Shown here: positions 8,318-18,718 of the stretch, in pieces
How the letters are laid out: every line of letters begins with the position of its first letter
How positions within the stretch are numbered: the first letter of the stretch is position 1
Virus record (IMG/VR): IMGVR_UViG_3300046543_000595
Span: 1 to 64,000 of that record
Direction: 5' to 3' (one strand)
DNA from: a virus
Taxonomy: Duplodnaviria > Caudoviricetes
DNA: 64,000 bases
Translations under genes and position numbers: made by a program
Notes under the pieces: model-generated
Seen by the model: the letters and a program-made list of their open reading frames with translations, nothing else
Told to the model about the DNA's origin: nothing
Databases searched by the model: none

Positions 8318-9078
8318 AAGAGAGTCCTCCGATTGAGAACTATATACCCACTTTAAGAACTTAAACGATTCGTGAGTTAGTGCGCGCATGGAAATGTGGA
8401 TAGGCTCATGTAATCATTGCATTTACATTGCTTCACTTTTTTTCTTCTCCCCCCTTGACAACGGTTTAAGCACACTGCGAAGCCGTTTCTAGGGTTTTCA
8501 ATGGGTTACGAGGTTTGTCGGAGAGGGATACAAAACGGTCGTTTTGTGCGCATGTTTGATTCGATCTAAGCCGGACGGTAGATCAACTAGTTAGGACGCG
8601 GGTTTGAGGCATATCGGCAGGTAGGTTTGTGCGCATGCCGGATTCGTCCCCGGGATCTCCTTCTTTACTTCCCGCCGACCAGCTGCCCGGGTTTCTGGAT
8701 CGGAAGCTCGCCGACCCGTGGCCTGGATCGCTGGATCTTCCTTCCTTCACGACTCCGGTTCCGATCCGCCGATCGGCCCCAGTGCTCGAAACCGCCGGCA
8801 CTCACCTGGCGATGCGACGGCCGCTGGATTCCTCAGCCGGAGCCGGAGTCCCCTCCCGAGGATTCAATCGCATCCTCATAGCCGTTGGGGATAAAAAAAA
8901 AATGGAAATACAGGCAGAGGGAGACGAGGCATAGGGAGTCTGGGATACAAAGGGAACGGTAAGTGCGCGGACAGGTGGAAAGTATTGGGGTTATCGGCAG
9001 GGAGTACAGGAAATTGGGAAAAACGCCCCTAGGTGTACAATGAGGATTTTCAGCGATGTGGCCGACCCTACTATCTTC

Positions 9079-9120
9079 TTTATATATATATATTATATAT
9101 AAGTATATATATATCATATA
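9079..9120. repeat. (TA)n-rich tract in the divergent intergenic region
   Basis: tatatatatatattatatataagtatatatatatcatata in a GC-rich genome. Confidence 0.85.
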
Positions 9121-9388
9121 GGTGTAGGTAGGCCTACCCGGAATGGGCGTTTGCCCAAAAGAAATACGAAGTACGTATTAGGACGGAGGCTACGTAGGCT
9201 GGCACAGGAGGGGGGTGGAGGGTGGGGGCAGACGTAGGCCCGTATATGGAAGTATAGGAAACGGGGGTATTACCGCTCATGTTGGTTTTGTACTGGTGTT
9301 ATAAATGGCATTGACTGAGTGGGGATATGATGATACGGTGCGTTTGGTGTTACAAGGAATCGAGTATAGACGGGCACAGGAGGCGAAA

Positions 9389-9979
9389 ATGGGTCGACGG
9401 ACGCTGGAGCAGAAGCAGAATGAGATGCATGGTCGATTGAGTGTGAAGATCAGGAACCAGAAGGCGCGGATGATGAGGAAACTGGAGGAGGGGCGCCGGG
9501 TGTTGGCGGAGTTGGATGCGCTGAGGGATCGGGTCCGGGAGCATATGAGGGAGACGCAGATCGATATTGGGGAGTACCGGGAGAGGCCGGAGTTGTTCTT
9601 TCCAGGGCCAGACGATCGGGAGGTGGTGAGGCGGCATCTGGAGGATTGGAAGATCGCGCCGAGCCGGTTCGCGCGGGAGATTGGGGTGTTGAGGCAGCAG
9701 GTGGTGAGGGTGATCTCGGAGCGGGAGTCGGTGCAGGTGTCGAAGCAGGCGTTTCTGAAGATGTTGAATGAGGCGCGGGTGGGGTTGCCGCCGAAGTCGC
9801 TGCGGGAGTTGCGGCGGGAAGGGAAGGGGCGGGTCGGTCGGTACGTGGCGGAGAAGGACCCTGGCGCGGTGGGCGTCGGGCAGTTTACGGTCGTCAACAC
9901 GGGATATCGAACACGGGAGGACGGAGTAAAGATGCATGGAGATCACACGGTGCGGGAATGCACGGGGGCATGCCGATGA
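9389..9979 (+). CDS. basic hypothetical protein, possible HTH
   Basis: AGGAGG SD; TTGACT promoter-like sequence at 9311. Confidence 0.6.
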   Translation: MGRRTLEQKQNEMHGRLSVKIRNQKARMMRKLEEGRRVLAELDALRDRVREHMRETQIDIGEYRERPELFFPGPDDREVVRRHLEDWKIAPSRFAREIGVLRQQVVRVISERESVQVSKQAFLKMLNEARVGLPPKSLRELRREGKGRVGRYVAEKDPGAVGVGQFTVVNTGYRTREDGVKMHGDHTVRECTGACR

Positions 9980-10440
9980 ACGGCGGGGTGGAAGAGCACG
10001 AGCACGAATTTGCCCCGTTCGGGGTGACGCAGGAGATATGCAGGTGCGGGGTCACGAGGACGCGGGTGGCGCCTGCGGTCCTGGGGGTGCGGCCGATCTC
10101 GGTCACCTCGGCGGATATCCAAGAGCTCCGGATGAAGACGATGGGGAAGAACGTCCGGGCGTTGCCGACCGGGGAGGGACTCGAGATCACAAACGAGCGG
10201 ATGCTGGCGGTCCGGGACGATTTGATGCAGTTCGTCAATAACCAGTTCCGGAATTTGGCGGTCGGCTTCCAGAACGAGATGAACCGGATGATTGGGGGAT
10301 TCCAGAAGGTCTTCGAGGAACAGGAGAAGCGGGCCGAGCGGACGGCGAAGTTGATGGAGGACCTCAGGGAGGAGGTGGCGGGGAAGCGGAGACCCCGCTG
10401 CGCGACGTGCCGCCGGCAGATCGCCCGGAAGAAGAAGTGA
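9976..10440 (+). CDS. hypothetical coiled-coil protein
   Basis: ORF with ATGA coupling. Confidence 0.55.
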   Translation: MNGGVEEHEHEFAPFGVTQEICRCGVTRTRVAPAVLGVRPISVTSADIQELRMKTMGKNVRALPTGEGLEITNERMLAVRDDLMQFVNNQFRNLAVGFQNEMNRMIGGFQKVFEEQEKRAERTAKLMEDLREEVAGKRRPRCATCRRQIARKKK

Positions 10441-10898
10441 GGCAGTTGTCGTTTCCAGGTCCGGTCTGGGTGCCGGTCAAGGACGGTGATGCGACGGCGC
10501 GCGCGATCTTCGATCGGCATTACTCCCGGATCCGGTATCGGGACGGCCGGGATCCGGTCCTGTTCGTCGGGCCGGGTGAGAAACTCGTCCTGCTGACGCC
10601 GGATGCCCTGGCACTCTTTGTGTGGCGGAAGTTCATCGACGACTCCGGACAGAAGGGGGTCAACTGCGCCGTCTTCCGGAACGAAGGGCCGGCGCTGTCG
10701 AGCGGATTGATCCTAGAGGCCGAGCGCTGGGCGGACGAGCGGTGGCCCGGGGAACGGTTGTATACGTACGTCAACCCGCGGAAGGTGCGGTCGTCGAACC
10801 CGGGGTATTGCTTCACCATGGCCGGGTGGCGGCCGTGCGGATATACGAAGAGGCGGGGCTACCGTATCCTCGAGAAGTGGCTTAAGAAATTAAATTGA
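10437..10898 (+). CDS. phage Mom/GNAT-like protein (putative DNA modification)
   Basis: DRHYS...CAVFRNEG...LYTYV...NPGYCF--AGW motif pattern. Confidence 0.5.
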   Translation: MRQLSFPGPVWVPVKDGDATARAIFDRHYSRIRYRDGRDPVLFVGPGEKLVLLTPDALALFVWRKFIDDSGQKGVNCAVFRNEGPALSSGLILEAERWADERWPGERLYTYVNPRKVRSSNPGYCFTMAGWRPCGYTKRRGYRILEKWLKKLN

Positions 10899-10923
10899 CG
10901 TGGGGCGTGTTCGGATTTAGGAT
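10882..10923 (+). promoter_or_regulatory. sigma70-like promoter with a conserved AT-rich upstream box
   Basis: TTAAGAAATTAAATTGACG...TAGGAT. Confidence 0.6.
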
Positions 10924-11042
10924 GCCTGCACGGAGGTCACTATGGAAGATTTGATTGCGATCGAAGAGTTGGAAACGAAGCGGGTCCCGAACGTTCCAGT
11001 CGTCACGCCTCAGAATTCGAGCGCGGGGTTCCTGGATTAACC

Positions 11043-11291
11043 ATGAACGGCACCACCGTCGAGCGGGTGCAGGGTGTGGCGAGGGATCAATTGCGCATAG
11101 GGGACGTGCCGGCGCCGGCGTCCAGGGTTTATGCGGATCTCGCGGCGGACTCACTGGACGGCGTCGAGTTGCTGCTCGCGCTCGAGGAAGAATTCAGGGT
11201 GGAGATCTCGGACGTGGAGTGGGAGTCGCTCGGGAAAGACCCGACGCTGACGGATATCGCCGCTCTGATCGATCGGTGTTTAACGGTTTAA
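11043..11291 (+). CDS. acpP: acyl carrier protein
   Basis: LAADSLDGVELLLALEEEFRVEISD phosphopantetheine motif. Confidence 0.88.
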   Translation: MNGTTVERVQGVARDQLRIGDVPAPASRVYADLAADSLDGVELLLALEEEFRVEISDVEWESLGKDPTLTDIAALIDRCLTV

Positions 11292-11500
11292 CGGAGGGGC
11301 GTATATGTGGGATGCGATCGCAACGGTGGGATGGATCGGATTGGCGGCGGCCGGCGTCACGGTGGTCGGGCTGGTGCTGCTGTACCGGTGGAGGGACCGG
11401 TCGTGAGCGAGGCGGAGATACAAACAGTTATGGTAGCCGCCAACTGGATCGCCCTGATCGTGGCGTTCATCGCGCTCGTGGTTGAACTGAGGAAGCGCAA

Positions 11501-11833
11501 ATGACCCCATCCGAGATTCGCGCCCTTGAAGAGTGGATATCGACGGCGTTGGATGTCGCCCGTAACCTTCACTGGGCCACCGACGAAGTACAAAACGCGG
11601 AACTGCTGGAGATGATGCGGAGGCCTCTGCTCGTTTCAGATTGGCCGGGATGTGAAGGCTGGCGCGTCGATATCGGCGTTGAGCCGTTGACGCCATTGAA
11701 AGGATTTCCGAATGCCGTTGGCGGAAGACCGCTCGGTCCAACAAATCTTGACCGTAAATTAGCCGTCTGTCTCGCCTGGCGTGTCTGGTGGGAGAGCCTG
11801 TCGGAGGAGAAGAGAGCATCGTGTCTGAAATGA
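11501..11833 (+). CDS. hypothetical protein
   Basis: ORF in a coupled operon. Confidence 0.5.
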   Translation: MTPSEIRALEEWISTALDVARNLHWATDEVQNAELLEMMRRPLLVSDWPGCEGWRVDIGVEPLTPLKGFPNAVGGRPLGPTNLDRKLAVCLAWRVWWESLSEEKRASCLK

Positions 11834-11991
11834 CAGACGAGAAGAAGAAGCCGCTACGACAATGTAACCGACACCAGGATTGCGACGCTGCTGAAGAGGA
11901 AGTAATGAAACGTCGAGGCATCCAGCGCCACGAGATTAGCTACTCTTTTCACTGCCACGACGAAGACTGTGAGGACTGCTTTGGCTGCTGA
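11830..11991 (+). CDS. small Cys/His-rich protein
   Basis: CNRHQDC...HCHDEDCEDCFGC. Confidence 0.5.
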   Translation: MTDEKKKPLRQCNRHQDCDAAEEEVMKRRGIQRHEISYSFHCHDEDCEDCFGC

Positions 11992-12060
11992 AATGACAGA
12001 CGAGAGGGCGGCGAAGTGCCGGGTACGGCTTGCCAAGGAAGCCCTGAAGGGCCAGGGCTG

Positions 12061-12504
12061 ATGACACCGGTATTCCAAACACGATACGGAATAGGTCGAG
12101 GCAACTGCCTGACAGCCTGCGTCGCTAGCGTCCTCGACCTGCCTATCGATGCACTCCCTGAGTTCTGCGACGCTGAGGGCGGTGGTTGGTTCGATCGACT
12201 CTATGACTATTGTCGCCGCAACGGACTGTTTCTGATTTACTGGAATCATTCCGAGGACGTGCCGATGATTGCGGTCGAGGCGTATCTGATCATGGAGCTT
12301 AAACTTGAGGGCGTCGAATCGGAACATCATTCAGTTGTCGGGCGATGTTACCGGACATCGACATATCTACAGCCGGACGGCAGTAAGCGATGGGAGTGGG
12401 CGACCGAAGTCGTTCACGATCCAAATGAGCACGGTCGCCCGGACACAGAGTCCGTACTTTCGTACATACTGATCGGGAAGCGAGGAGTGGAACTTAATGC
12501 CTGA
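12061..12504 (+). CDS. conserved phage hypothetical protein (possible papain-like fold)
   Basis: GNCLTACVASVLDLP...H-VV...VVHDP. Confidence 0.6.
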   Translation: MTPVFQTRYGIGRGNCLTACVASVLDLPIDALPEFCDAEGGGWFDRLYDYCRRNGLFLIYWNHSEDVPMIAVEAYLIMELKLEGVESEHHSVVGRCYRTSTYLQPDGSKRWEWATEVVHDPNEHGRPDTESVLSYILIGKRGVELNA

Positions 12505-13417
12505 GAACAAACCGAAGCCGGACATCCTGAAGGCGATCCTCGCGGACGCACTCGATATCTACCGCGCTATCCATACCGATACGATCCGCTACGACCGGGA
12601 ATTTAGCGAGGAGTGGGAAAAGAAGTTCGGCGTCTCGGTCGAAGCCGGCCTGATGCTGATCAACGGGCTGATCGAACAGCACCACGAAGATGGCCGACCA
12701 CAAGGTCCGTCATTGCTCGATGGGCTGGTGGACCAGATCTGCGATCGGGTGGAAGAGGCGATGATGGCGCGCACGGACATGCGGCTCGTGAGCGTATCCG
12801 ACGTCGGCTTCTGGCCGCGTTCCAGTTCTCCGCCTCCGCCCAACTGGCCACTCCCTGTGCCGCCGCCTGGTCCGCCGCCTGAAATGACCGCCGGTCCGGA
12901 GTCGACCGTCGATGAAGTCGTCGAAGAGTTTGCCCCGGCGATACAACTCGAGCCGGTAAAGATCGAACTACTGGCTGAGGCCATCATGGCCCAAGCCCCT
13001 CCGAAAGGTGAGCGCTCTGTTCCTCGCGGATCGCCGCGCTCGTTCTCGAGCCTTGCTAAGGAGATCCTGCGGGACAAGGGAACCCCGATGTCGGTCCAGG
13101 AGGTGGACGCGATCGTCCGGACGAAGTACAAGCGGACTCCGGCGCCGGCCACGATCGGGGTGGAGCTTTGCGCGATGGCGCGCAAGGATCCGTCGATTGT
13201 CCGGGTGCGTGAAGGCACGTTCGTGTACGTGTATCAGCCGCCGGAGCCAATGCCCCACGTCCCGACCGTGGAGTGCAATCATTGCCAGGAGCAGGTACCG
13301 ACGGCGCAGTTGTCACAACACAAGCGGGAGCAGCATCCGGTGACGGACAATCCGAACGGCCGCCGCGAAGAGCAGAGCGCTGGACTTGGGGGTACGCTCG
13401 GGCGTATTAATTTCTAA
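12497..13417 (+). CDS. putative DNA-binding protein (winged-HTH plus C2H2-like finger)
   Basis: LAKEILRDKGTPMSVQEV...IVRVREGTF; CNHC...H---H. Confidence 0.55.
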   Translation: MPENKPKPDILKAILADALDIYRAIHTDTIRYDREFSEEWEKKFGVSVEAGLMLINGLIEQHHEDGRPQGPSLLDGLVDQICDRVEEAMMARTDMRLVSVSDVGFWPRSSSPPPPNWPLPVPPPGPPPEMTAGPESTVDEVVEEFAPAIQLEPVKIELLAEAIMAQAPPKGERSVPRGSPRSFSSLAKEILRDKGTPMSVQEVDAIVRTKYKRTPAPATIGVELCAMARKDPSIVRVREGTFVYVYQPPEPMPHVPTVECNHCQEQVPTAQLSQHKREQHPVTDNPNGRREEQSAGLGGTLGRINF

Positions 13418-13623
13418 TGAAAGCGCGCGCCTGGTGGGGTGGACTCACCGATGAAGACTTTACATGCATGCCCGTGATCACGGATCCGACAATACCCATC
13501 GATCAGTTGGCTGTCGTGCCGACGGTGCTACCGGCGGACTGGGCGCAGATGTCCGAGCAAGAGCAGCACGAGTGGCTGGGCCGCCACGCCATCCTCGTGA
13601 AAAACATCAAGAGGGTCGAATGA
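13417..13623 (+). CDS. hypothetical protein
   Basis: coupled ORF. Confidence 0.5.
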   Translation: MKARAWWGGLTDEDFTCMPVITDPTIPIDQLAVVPTVLPADWAQMSEQEQHEWLGRHAILVKNIKRVE

Positions 13624-13973
13624 AGCGTTGGTTCCAGGGCGATGAATCCGAACGTAACGAAGTTATTCTCGAGTGTAAGCTCTGCCCGCCGTACAAGCCG
13701 GCAAAGTGGAGCGGCATGCTCACGAACGGACGGATCCTCGAGCAGCCGGCGGTCGGGCATCACACGTACAGCCTGCGGGTGCTGATCGCGCATTACGCGC
13801 ACTACCATCCGAGCACCATGGAAAACTTCGTCTCGATGCATCAGTTCCGCGAGCAGACCATCACATGGCTCTACGACTACTACAGGTTCCACGGCACAGA
13901 ACCATTCATCGTGTTGGGCGACGTCCACCGTAATGTGTATACCGGCGCTTTCGGCGCAAACATCACCTCGTAA
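13620..13973 (+). CDS. hypothetical protein
   Basis: ATGA-coupled ORF. Confidence 0.5.
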   Translation: MKRWFQGDESERNEVILECKLCPPYKPAKWSGMLTNGRILEQPAVGHHTYSLRVLIAHYAHYHPSTMENFVSMHQFREQTITWLYDYYRFHGTEPFIVLGDVHRNVYTGAFGANITS

Positions 13974-13976
13974 CCG

Positions 13977-14019
13977 TTTAAAAAATTAAATTGACAGGCG
14001 TTTCGCCGGGTGCCAATAT
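13977..14019 (+). promoter_or_regulatory. sigma70-like promoter with the same AT-rich box
   Basis: TTTAAAAAATTAAATTGACA-17-CAATAT. Confidence 0.6.
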
Positions 14020-14033
14020 GCCTCGCGGAGGCA

Positions 14034-14390
14034 ATGAATATGGGCGACGTCGATAAGATGCTGGAAGAGACCAACCGGCAAATGGAGCAGTCCAAGAAAC
14101 TACTGCAGGATCTCGCGAACGAGGTTGTCAATCTTGGCGAAGTGATACAGCCGGCGCTGGAACGGCAGATCGGAGTGCTGCGATCGGCGAGGATGTCCAC
14201 GATCTCGGAGATCTCGCAGAGCCTGACCGCCTTTCGAGACCTGCGTCAGTTCTTCCTCGCCGATGAACATGAACACGAGATGGCGCGGCTGAAAGAATTC
14301 GTGGATGTTTGCGAACGACTGCTTACGCTGAAAAACAGCGGGATGCTTGATGCGCTGGCCGACACGATCTTGAAACTCGGTGGGCTGTGA
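14034..14390 (+). CDS. hypothetical coiled-coil protein
   Basis: GGAGG SD. Confidence 0.6.
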   Translation: MNMGDVDKMLEETNRQMEQSKKLLQDLANEVVNLGEVIQPALERQIGVLRSARMSTISEISQSLTAFRDLRQFFLADEHEHEMARLKEFVDVCERLLTLKNSGMLDALADTILKLGGL

Positions 14391-15238
14391 CAAAGAAGTA
14401 CGCGCGGGACTATGAAATGGACGAGAAATTCGAAGAGTTCATGGAGGCGTATGGCGTAGGGTCCCCGAGGGCGGCCGCCGAGGCCTATGGCCGGCTACTG
14501 AGGGCGCAGCGGACGCTCGTGCATCTTCAGGTGCTGATGGGTCGCGTGAAGTTGTCGCTGATTTCACACATCGTGAACCAGACGAGGATCGCCTCCATTC
14601 TCGGCCTCGAGACACACAGGACGGACGCGCTGATGCGGAGGATTTCCAATGCGGACTAAGTGGACGAAAGAGCTCGTAGCGCTCGAGGCCACCCGCCAGA
14701 TGTGGGGCGACGCGACGGTCCGGGCAGTTGCGGAGGCGGCTCGTACCGTGACGCACACACGGATGCTCGTGTACTCGCTGCATCAGGCCATGGCGGTCCA
14801 CCTGGCGATTACTGGCCATATCGGCTACGTCATGGATCCAACCTTCGGCGGCTTGCCGGCCGTTAAGGCGATAGTCGAACGATTCAAGGGAATGACGCCA
14901 TGAAAAAAGTTCTAAATAAAGAGCAGGCAGAATGGAATGACGCTCTCCGTGAGGCGTTGACTCGGCTTGGGCGGGATGTAGACATGGAGTCCGCTAAGGC
15001 GTTTTTCCGGGCCGGTCGGACGCTTAGCAAACTCCGGGAACTAATGGACGTGCTCGCACGCCAATTGATCTGCGCCGCGTTCGACGAAACTGGAATTGGG
15101 GCCGCAGTTCATCCGTTGGAGTCTGAGGTCGGTCGTCAGATACGGAGGCGACATAGTGAGCATGTGGACAGTCTGCATGCTCGATGGAAGAGTTACATGG
15201 CCGAATCGGATACAGCAAGAAACGGAAACTGGAGGTAA
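14387..15238 (+). other. three coupled small hypothetical ORFs (14387-14659, 14649-14903, 14900-15238)
   Basis: overlapping start and stop codons. Confidence 0.55.
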
Positions 15239-15241
15239 TCG

Positions 15242-16000
15242 ATGTCTGGAAACAAAGCAATGCGTCGCGCGCTGGAAACCGGCGACGCCATCCGAGTGAA
15301 CGCCGATCTTCCGCTGATCACCGACCGGACGGAGATGATCACGCCGGAGATCGCGCAGGAGATGTTGAAGCATAATCGAAAGAACCGCCCGATCAACTGG
15401 CGGAAAGTGGAGGAATACGCGGAGATCATGCGCGCGGGCCACTGGAAGCTCCACGCGCAGGGTATCGTGCTGGATCGAGACGGGAACATCCTGACCGGAC
15501 AGAAACGCCTCTGGGCGGTCATCAAGTCGGGAATAGCGGTCTATTTCCGGGTGAGCCGCGGCAACCTTCCGGAGACGGCCACGCTGCTGGACAGAGGCAC
15601 GCCACAGACTGCCCGTGATCTGGCTGCCCGTGAGACCGAACGCCGGCACTCGCCGACGGAATCGAGCATTGCCCGGGCGATCTCCGTGATGACCGGAGTA
15701 CCGCGCCCCTCGGTCGACGATCTGGCGTTGATCATGACGACATACGCCAGCGTCGTGCAGGAATTACTGAACCAGGCGCACCGGACGAAGAAATCGCGCG
15801 GCGTATTGATGATCCTCGCCGCCATCGCTTACGATCACGGTGACCTCGACCGCAGCAAACTCCTGCCGCAGGTAGCCGATCTCGCCGTACGATTGGACGA
15901 GCAGTTGGCGCCGCATACGGCGGAACAGTGTTGGGGCCGCGGCGCGGCGTTCGGTCTGGCGATGGCCCGCGCGCGGGAGATCGTGAAGGCGGTGAAGTAA
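15242..16000 (+). CDS. ParB/Srx-like N-terminal domain protein
   Basis: ITPEIAQEML--N--NRPI...G-W...GNILTGQKRL-AVIKSG. Confidence 0.75.
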   Translation: MSGNKAMRRALETGDAIRVNADLPLITDRTEMITPEIAQEMLKHNRKNRPINWRKVEEYAEIMRAGHWKLHAQGIVLDRDGNILTGQKRLWAVIKSGIAVYFRVSRGNLPETATLLDRGTPQTARDLAARETERRHSPTESSIARAISVMTGVPRPSVDDLALIMTTYASVVQELLNQAHRTKKSRGVLMILAAIAYDHGDLDRSKLLPQVADLAVRLDEQLAPHTAEQCWGRGAAFGLAMARAREIVKAVK

Positions 16001-16001
16001 G

Positions 16002-16379
16002 ATGGACAAGACAACTTTTATTAGAATTCCAAACGTGCCGCGCCGTGTCCGGTATATCCGCGACCATCCGGACTTCAATGTCCATTCGATCGCGAGTTTC
16101 TGGTGCGGTGTTGCTTCGGCGGACGAGGAGATCCATCTTTCGACGGTCATGGCGCTGGTTGGGGCTACGAAGGAAAATCCTCTCGCATTTACAACTCGGC
16201 ACAATGGTATCGAGGTCGAGTTCGCTCGATATCCGAACTGTCTTCCGCTCTCGATCGCTAAAGCCGTCATGCAGACGGTAGAGATCGCGTCCGGAGTGAG
16301 CAATCTATTTGCGATGATGCGCGGCCACATGGATGCCATGGTGTCGATCTCGGAGACCGTGTCAAGAGGGAGACTTTGA
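16002..16379 (+). CDS. hypothetical protein
   Basis: ORF in operon. Confidence 0.5.
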   Translation: MDKTTFIRIPNVPRRVRYIRDHPDFNVHSIASFWCGVASADEEIHLSTVMALVGATKENPLAFTTRHNGIEVEFARYPNCLPLSIAKAVMQTVEIASGVSNLFAMMRGHMDAMVSISETVSRGRL

Positions 16380-16380
16380 A

Positions 16381-16755
16381 ATGTTTGGTTGGTTCACGCA
16401 TGCGGTGTTGGAGCTCTGGGCGTTCGAGCGGAAGCGCCCGCGCGCCCGGCAACCCCGCGTCTCGCAGCGCCGGCTGAAGCAGCGGCTCTACTGGCGCGAC
16501 AACGGCATGTGCCGCTACTGCGGTGACAAGGTCTCGTTTGAGAAGGCGACGATCGACGAGGTTGTACCGCGGGTCCATGGTGGGCAGCGCAGGCTTCAGA
16601 ACTGTGTGCTGGCATGCTGGTTCTGCAATCAGGCCAAGGGACCACTCCTGCTCGAGGATCCCGACGATCTGACTGTCGATGGGTTGCGTGCGCGCTGGGC
16701 GTCGCTGGATCGCGTCCGCCAGGCCGAGAGGGATCCGGAAAGGTTGCCACGATGA
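16381..16755 (+). CDS. HNH endonuclease-like protein (catalytic His replaced)
   Basis: RDNGMCRYCG...TIDEVVPRVHGG...NCVLACWFCNQAKG. Confidence 0.8.
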   Translation: MFGWFTHAVLELWAFERKRPRARQPRVSQRRLKQRLYWRDNGMCRYCGDKVSFEKATIDEVVPRVHGGQRRLQNCVLACWFCNQAKGPLLLEDPDDLTVDGLRARWASLDRVRQAERDPERLPR

Positions 16756-17192
16756 TTCAATTGGGAAACAGAGGAACGGTCGTCCGTGAGGTCGTCGTCA
16801 ACGGCGGCGAGGGTAAGTTCGCGTACTACATCGGGTTCACCTCGAACGGCCTGCCGGAGGTTGGCCTCGAGGAGGAACTAAGAGTAGGGAGCCCACGATT
16901 GGCTGGATACCACTTCAATCACGCCGATCGCGACTGGGTTATCGTTTATGGCGTACCGGCCGCGCCGGCCGCAGAGGAGTTGGCTGCACTCGACACGTTC
17001 TTATATGTCGATCAGTTGAAGGACTTCTTTTGTCCGGAGTGCGGTATCCGATATCAGATGCATTCCAAGGAGATCTTCTATCGCGAGGCCGACGGACAGA
17101 AGACCTATGAACTCTGGTGTCGTGTATGCCAAGAACAGAATGACGGCACCGCCGCCGACAAGTTCAGGCTCAGGCGATTGAGAAAGCCGTGA
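16752..17192 (+). CDS. hypothetical Zn-finger protein
   Basis: CPEC...CRVC. Confidence 0.5.
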   Translation: MIQLGNRGTVVREVVVNGGEGKFAYYIGFTSNGLPEVGLEEELRVGSPRLAGYHFNHADRDWVIVYGVPAAPAAEELAALDTFLYVDQLKDFFCPECGIRYQMHSKEIFYREADGQKTYELWCRVCQEQNDGTAADKFRLRRLRKP

Positions 17193-17728
17193 TCTTCTAC
17201 TTCACCGACGACGAGATGCGATGGGTTCGCCGATGGGCCGAGGAGCGCCACGGCAGCCACCGCCCGGAGGATGAACGTAAGTTCACCAAGAAATACACAG
17301 GCATCCAAATCCACACTCTTGGCATCAAGGCGGAGTTTGCGATCTATCAGACGATCGGCGGCAAATGGCTACGCTACGATGAGTCAAAGACAGATCCTGG
17401 CTGGGAAATTGTCGATCCGTTCGGGCTGAAGATCCAGGTGAAGGGGAGCTTCACGCCACGCGCCGATTTCTATCCGCGCAACGGGGAAGCTAAAAAGTGG
17501 GATATTGGCGTCGGTGTGTCGGCCATCCGGGACGTCGAGCACATGACGATCAATGGATTCATCAGGCTTGATAAGTTCAAAAAACTGGCGAGGGATAAGA
17601 GGTTCGGCAAGGAATCGGACGGATATAACGTCGTCAAGACCGTCGGCGCCGAGCATCTAACGCCGATTCAGGAGTTGCATCCCGGCGAGTCGAGATTACC
17701 ACCAAACATTTGGGAATTACATACTTAA
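17189..17728 (+). CDS. PD-(D/E)xK-like nuclease-fold protein
   Basis: G--AEFA...D-GW...KIQVKG pattern. Confidence 0.5.
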   Translation: MIFYFTDDEMRWVRRWAEERHGSHRPEDERKFTKKYTGIQIHTLGIKAEFAIYQTIGGKWLRYDESKTDPGWEIVDPFGLKIQVKGSFTPRADFYPRNGEAKKWDIGVGVSAIRDVEHMTINGFIRLDKFKKLARDKRFGKESDGYNVVKTVGAEHLTPIQELHPGESRLPPNIWELHT

Positions 17729-17746
17729 CTCCTGAGGAGAAAACAA

Positions 17747-18190
17747 ATGAACGAAGTTGATGCAGTTCCGGATCTTTATCGATTGGCCTATATGCCGGGC
17801 CAGTTTCGTTGCCCCATTTGCAAGTTCCAGCTTTCAAAACAGACGATGTTTGTTCAATCCGGATCGATTGGTGTCAGTGAGACTGATCTGGAATCTGAGG
17901 AATGCCCGAATGACGGAACGCCAATGATTCACGTCACCTACAGAGAGCAAATATCGGCCTATGATGATCGACTCAAGGAAGAATTCGACCGCGTTGACCG
18001 GATAAAAGCCGCAGCTGAAGCGCTTCTACTGGCAATGGAAACCTGTCACATCTGTAAGGGTATTCTCTTGTTTCCCGAAGTAGCTCCACACTGCGAGGAC
18101 TGTTCTTGGGACTGCGAAGATCACGAGGAACCAAGCTGTAATCCCATCCAGTCTCTGAGTCAGGCACTTAGAAATGCAATCGGGAATTAA
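17747..18190 (+). CDS. Cys-rich hypothetical protein
   Basis: GAGGAG SD; several CxxC motifs. Confidence 0.55.
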   Translation: MNEVDAVPDLYRLAYMPGQFRCPICKFQLSKQTMFVQSGSIGVSETDLESEECPNDGTPMIHVTYREQISAYDDRLKEEFDRVDRIKAAAEALLLAMETCHICKGILLFPEVAPHCEDCSWDCEDHEEPSCNPIQSLSQALRNAIGN

Positions 18191-18262
18191 GTATATAAAT
18201 CCCAAACATTTACCTGCACGATTATCTGATGCCGTGTAGTGTCCCATTTCGAGAGGAGCCTT

Positions 18263-18589
18263 ATGTGGAAAGTGGACCCATCCGACAAGTATCCGGAACC
18301 GAGCAAAGAGCACTTAATCAACCGCCGCCAGATCAAGTTCGCGACGATCCCGAATGAATACGCCTGTGGCATCCTCTCTGGTCGCACGCGAATCATCAAC
18401 CTGCCGGAGGACGCGGAGATCGCCGGCTACTTCCATGACTGGCTCCGTGACGGCCTTGGTGTCTATATCTACTCGTCGACATATCCCCGTGTCGAACCAT
18501 GCCTCGAGATCGGCCGGGTGGAACTCATTTACCAGCGCGTTGACAACCCGGCGCCGGCAGTGGTAGATTCTGGGTCGGCGGGTGGGTGA
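18263..18589 (+). CDS. hypothetical protein
   Basis: GAGGAG SD; 3' end overlaps a promoter and the tRNA. Confidence 0.55.
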   Translation: MWKVDPSDKYPEPSKEHLINRRQIKFATIPNEYACGILSGRTRIINLPEDAEIAGYFHDWLRDGLGVYIYSSTYPRVEPCLEIGRVELIYQRVDNPAPAVVDSGSAGG

Positions 18590-18651
18590 AGCGGTTTCCA
18601 CGATGGTCTCATAAGCCATAGATACTGAGGTTCGATTCCTCAGATCCGCCA
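18577..18651 (+). tRNA. tRNA with CAT anticodon (Met or Ile2)
   Basis: cloverleaf; ATGGT-CTCATAA-GCCAT; GTTCGATTC; TTGACA-17-TAGATT promoter at 18540. Confidence 0.88.
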
Positions 18652-18718
18652 TATAGACTTACCCTATACAACGACGAAGGCGCACCAGACCGACAGTTCT
18701 CGAGAGTCGGTAAGCAGA

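Noticed and set aside
8833-9117. ORF starting MIYIYLYIIYIY
   Set aside because: Artefact of the TA repeat tract.
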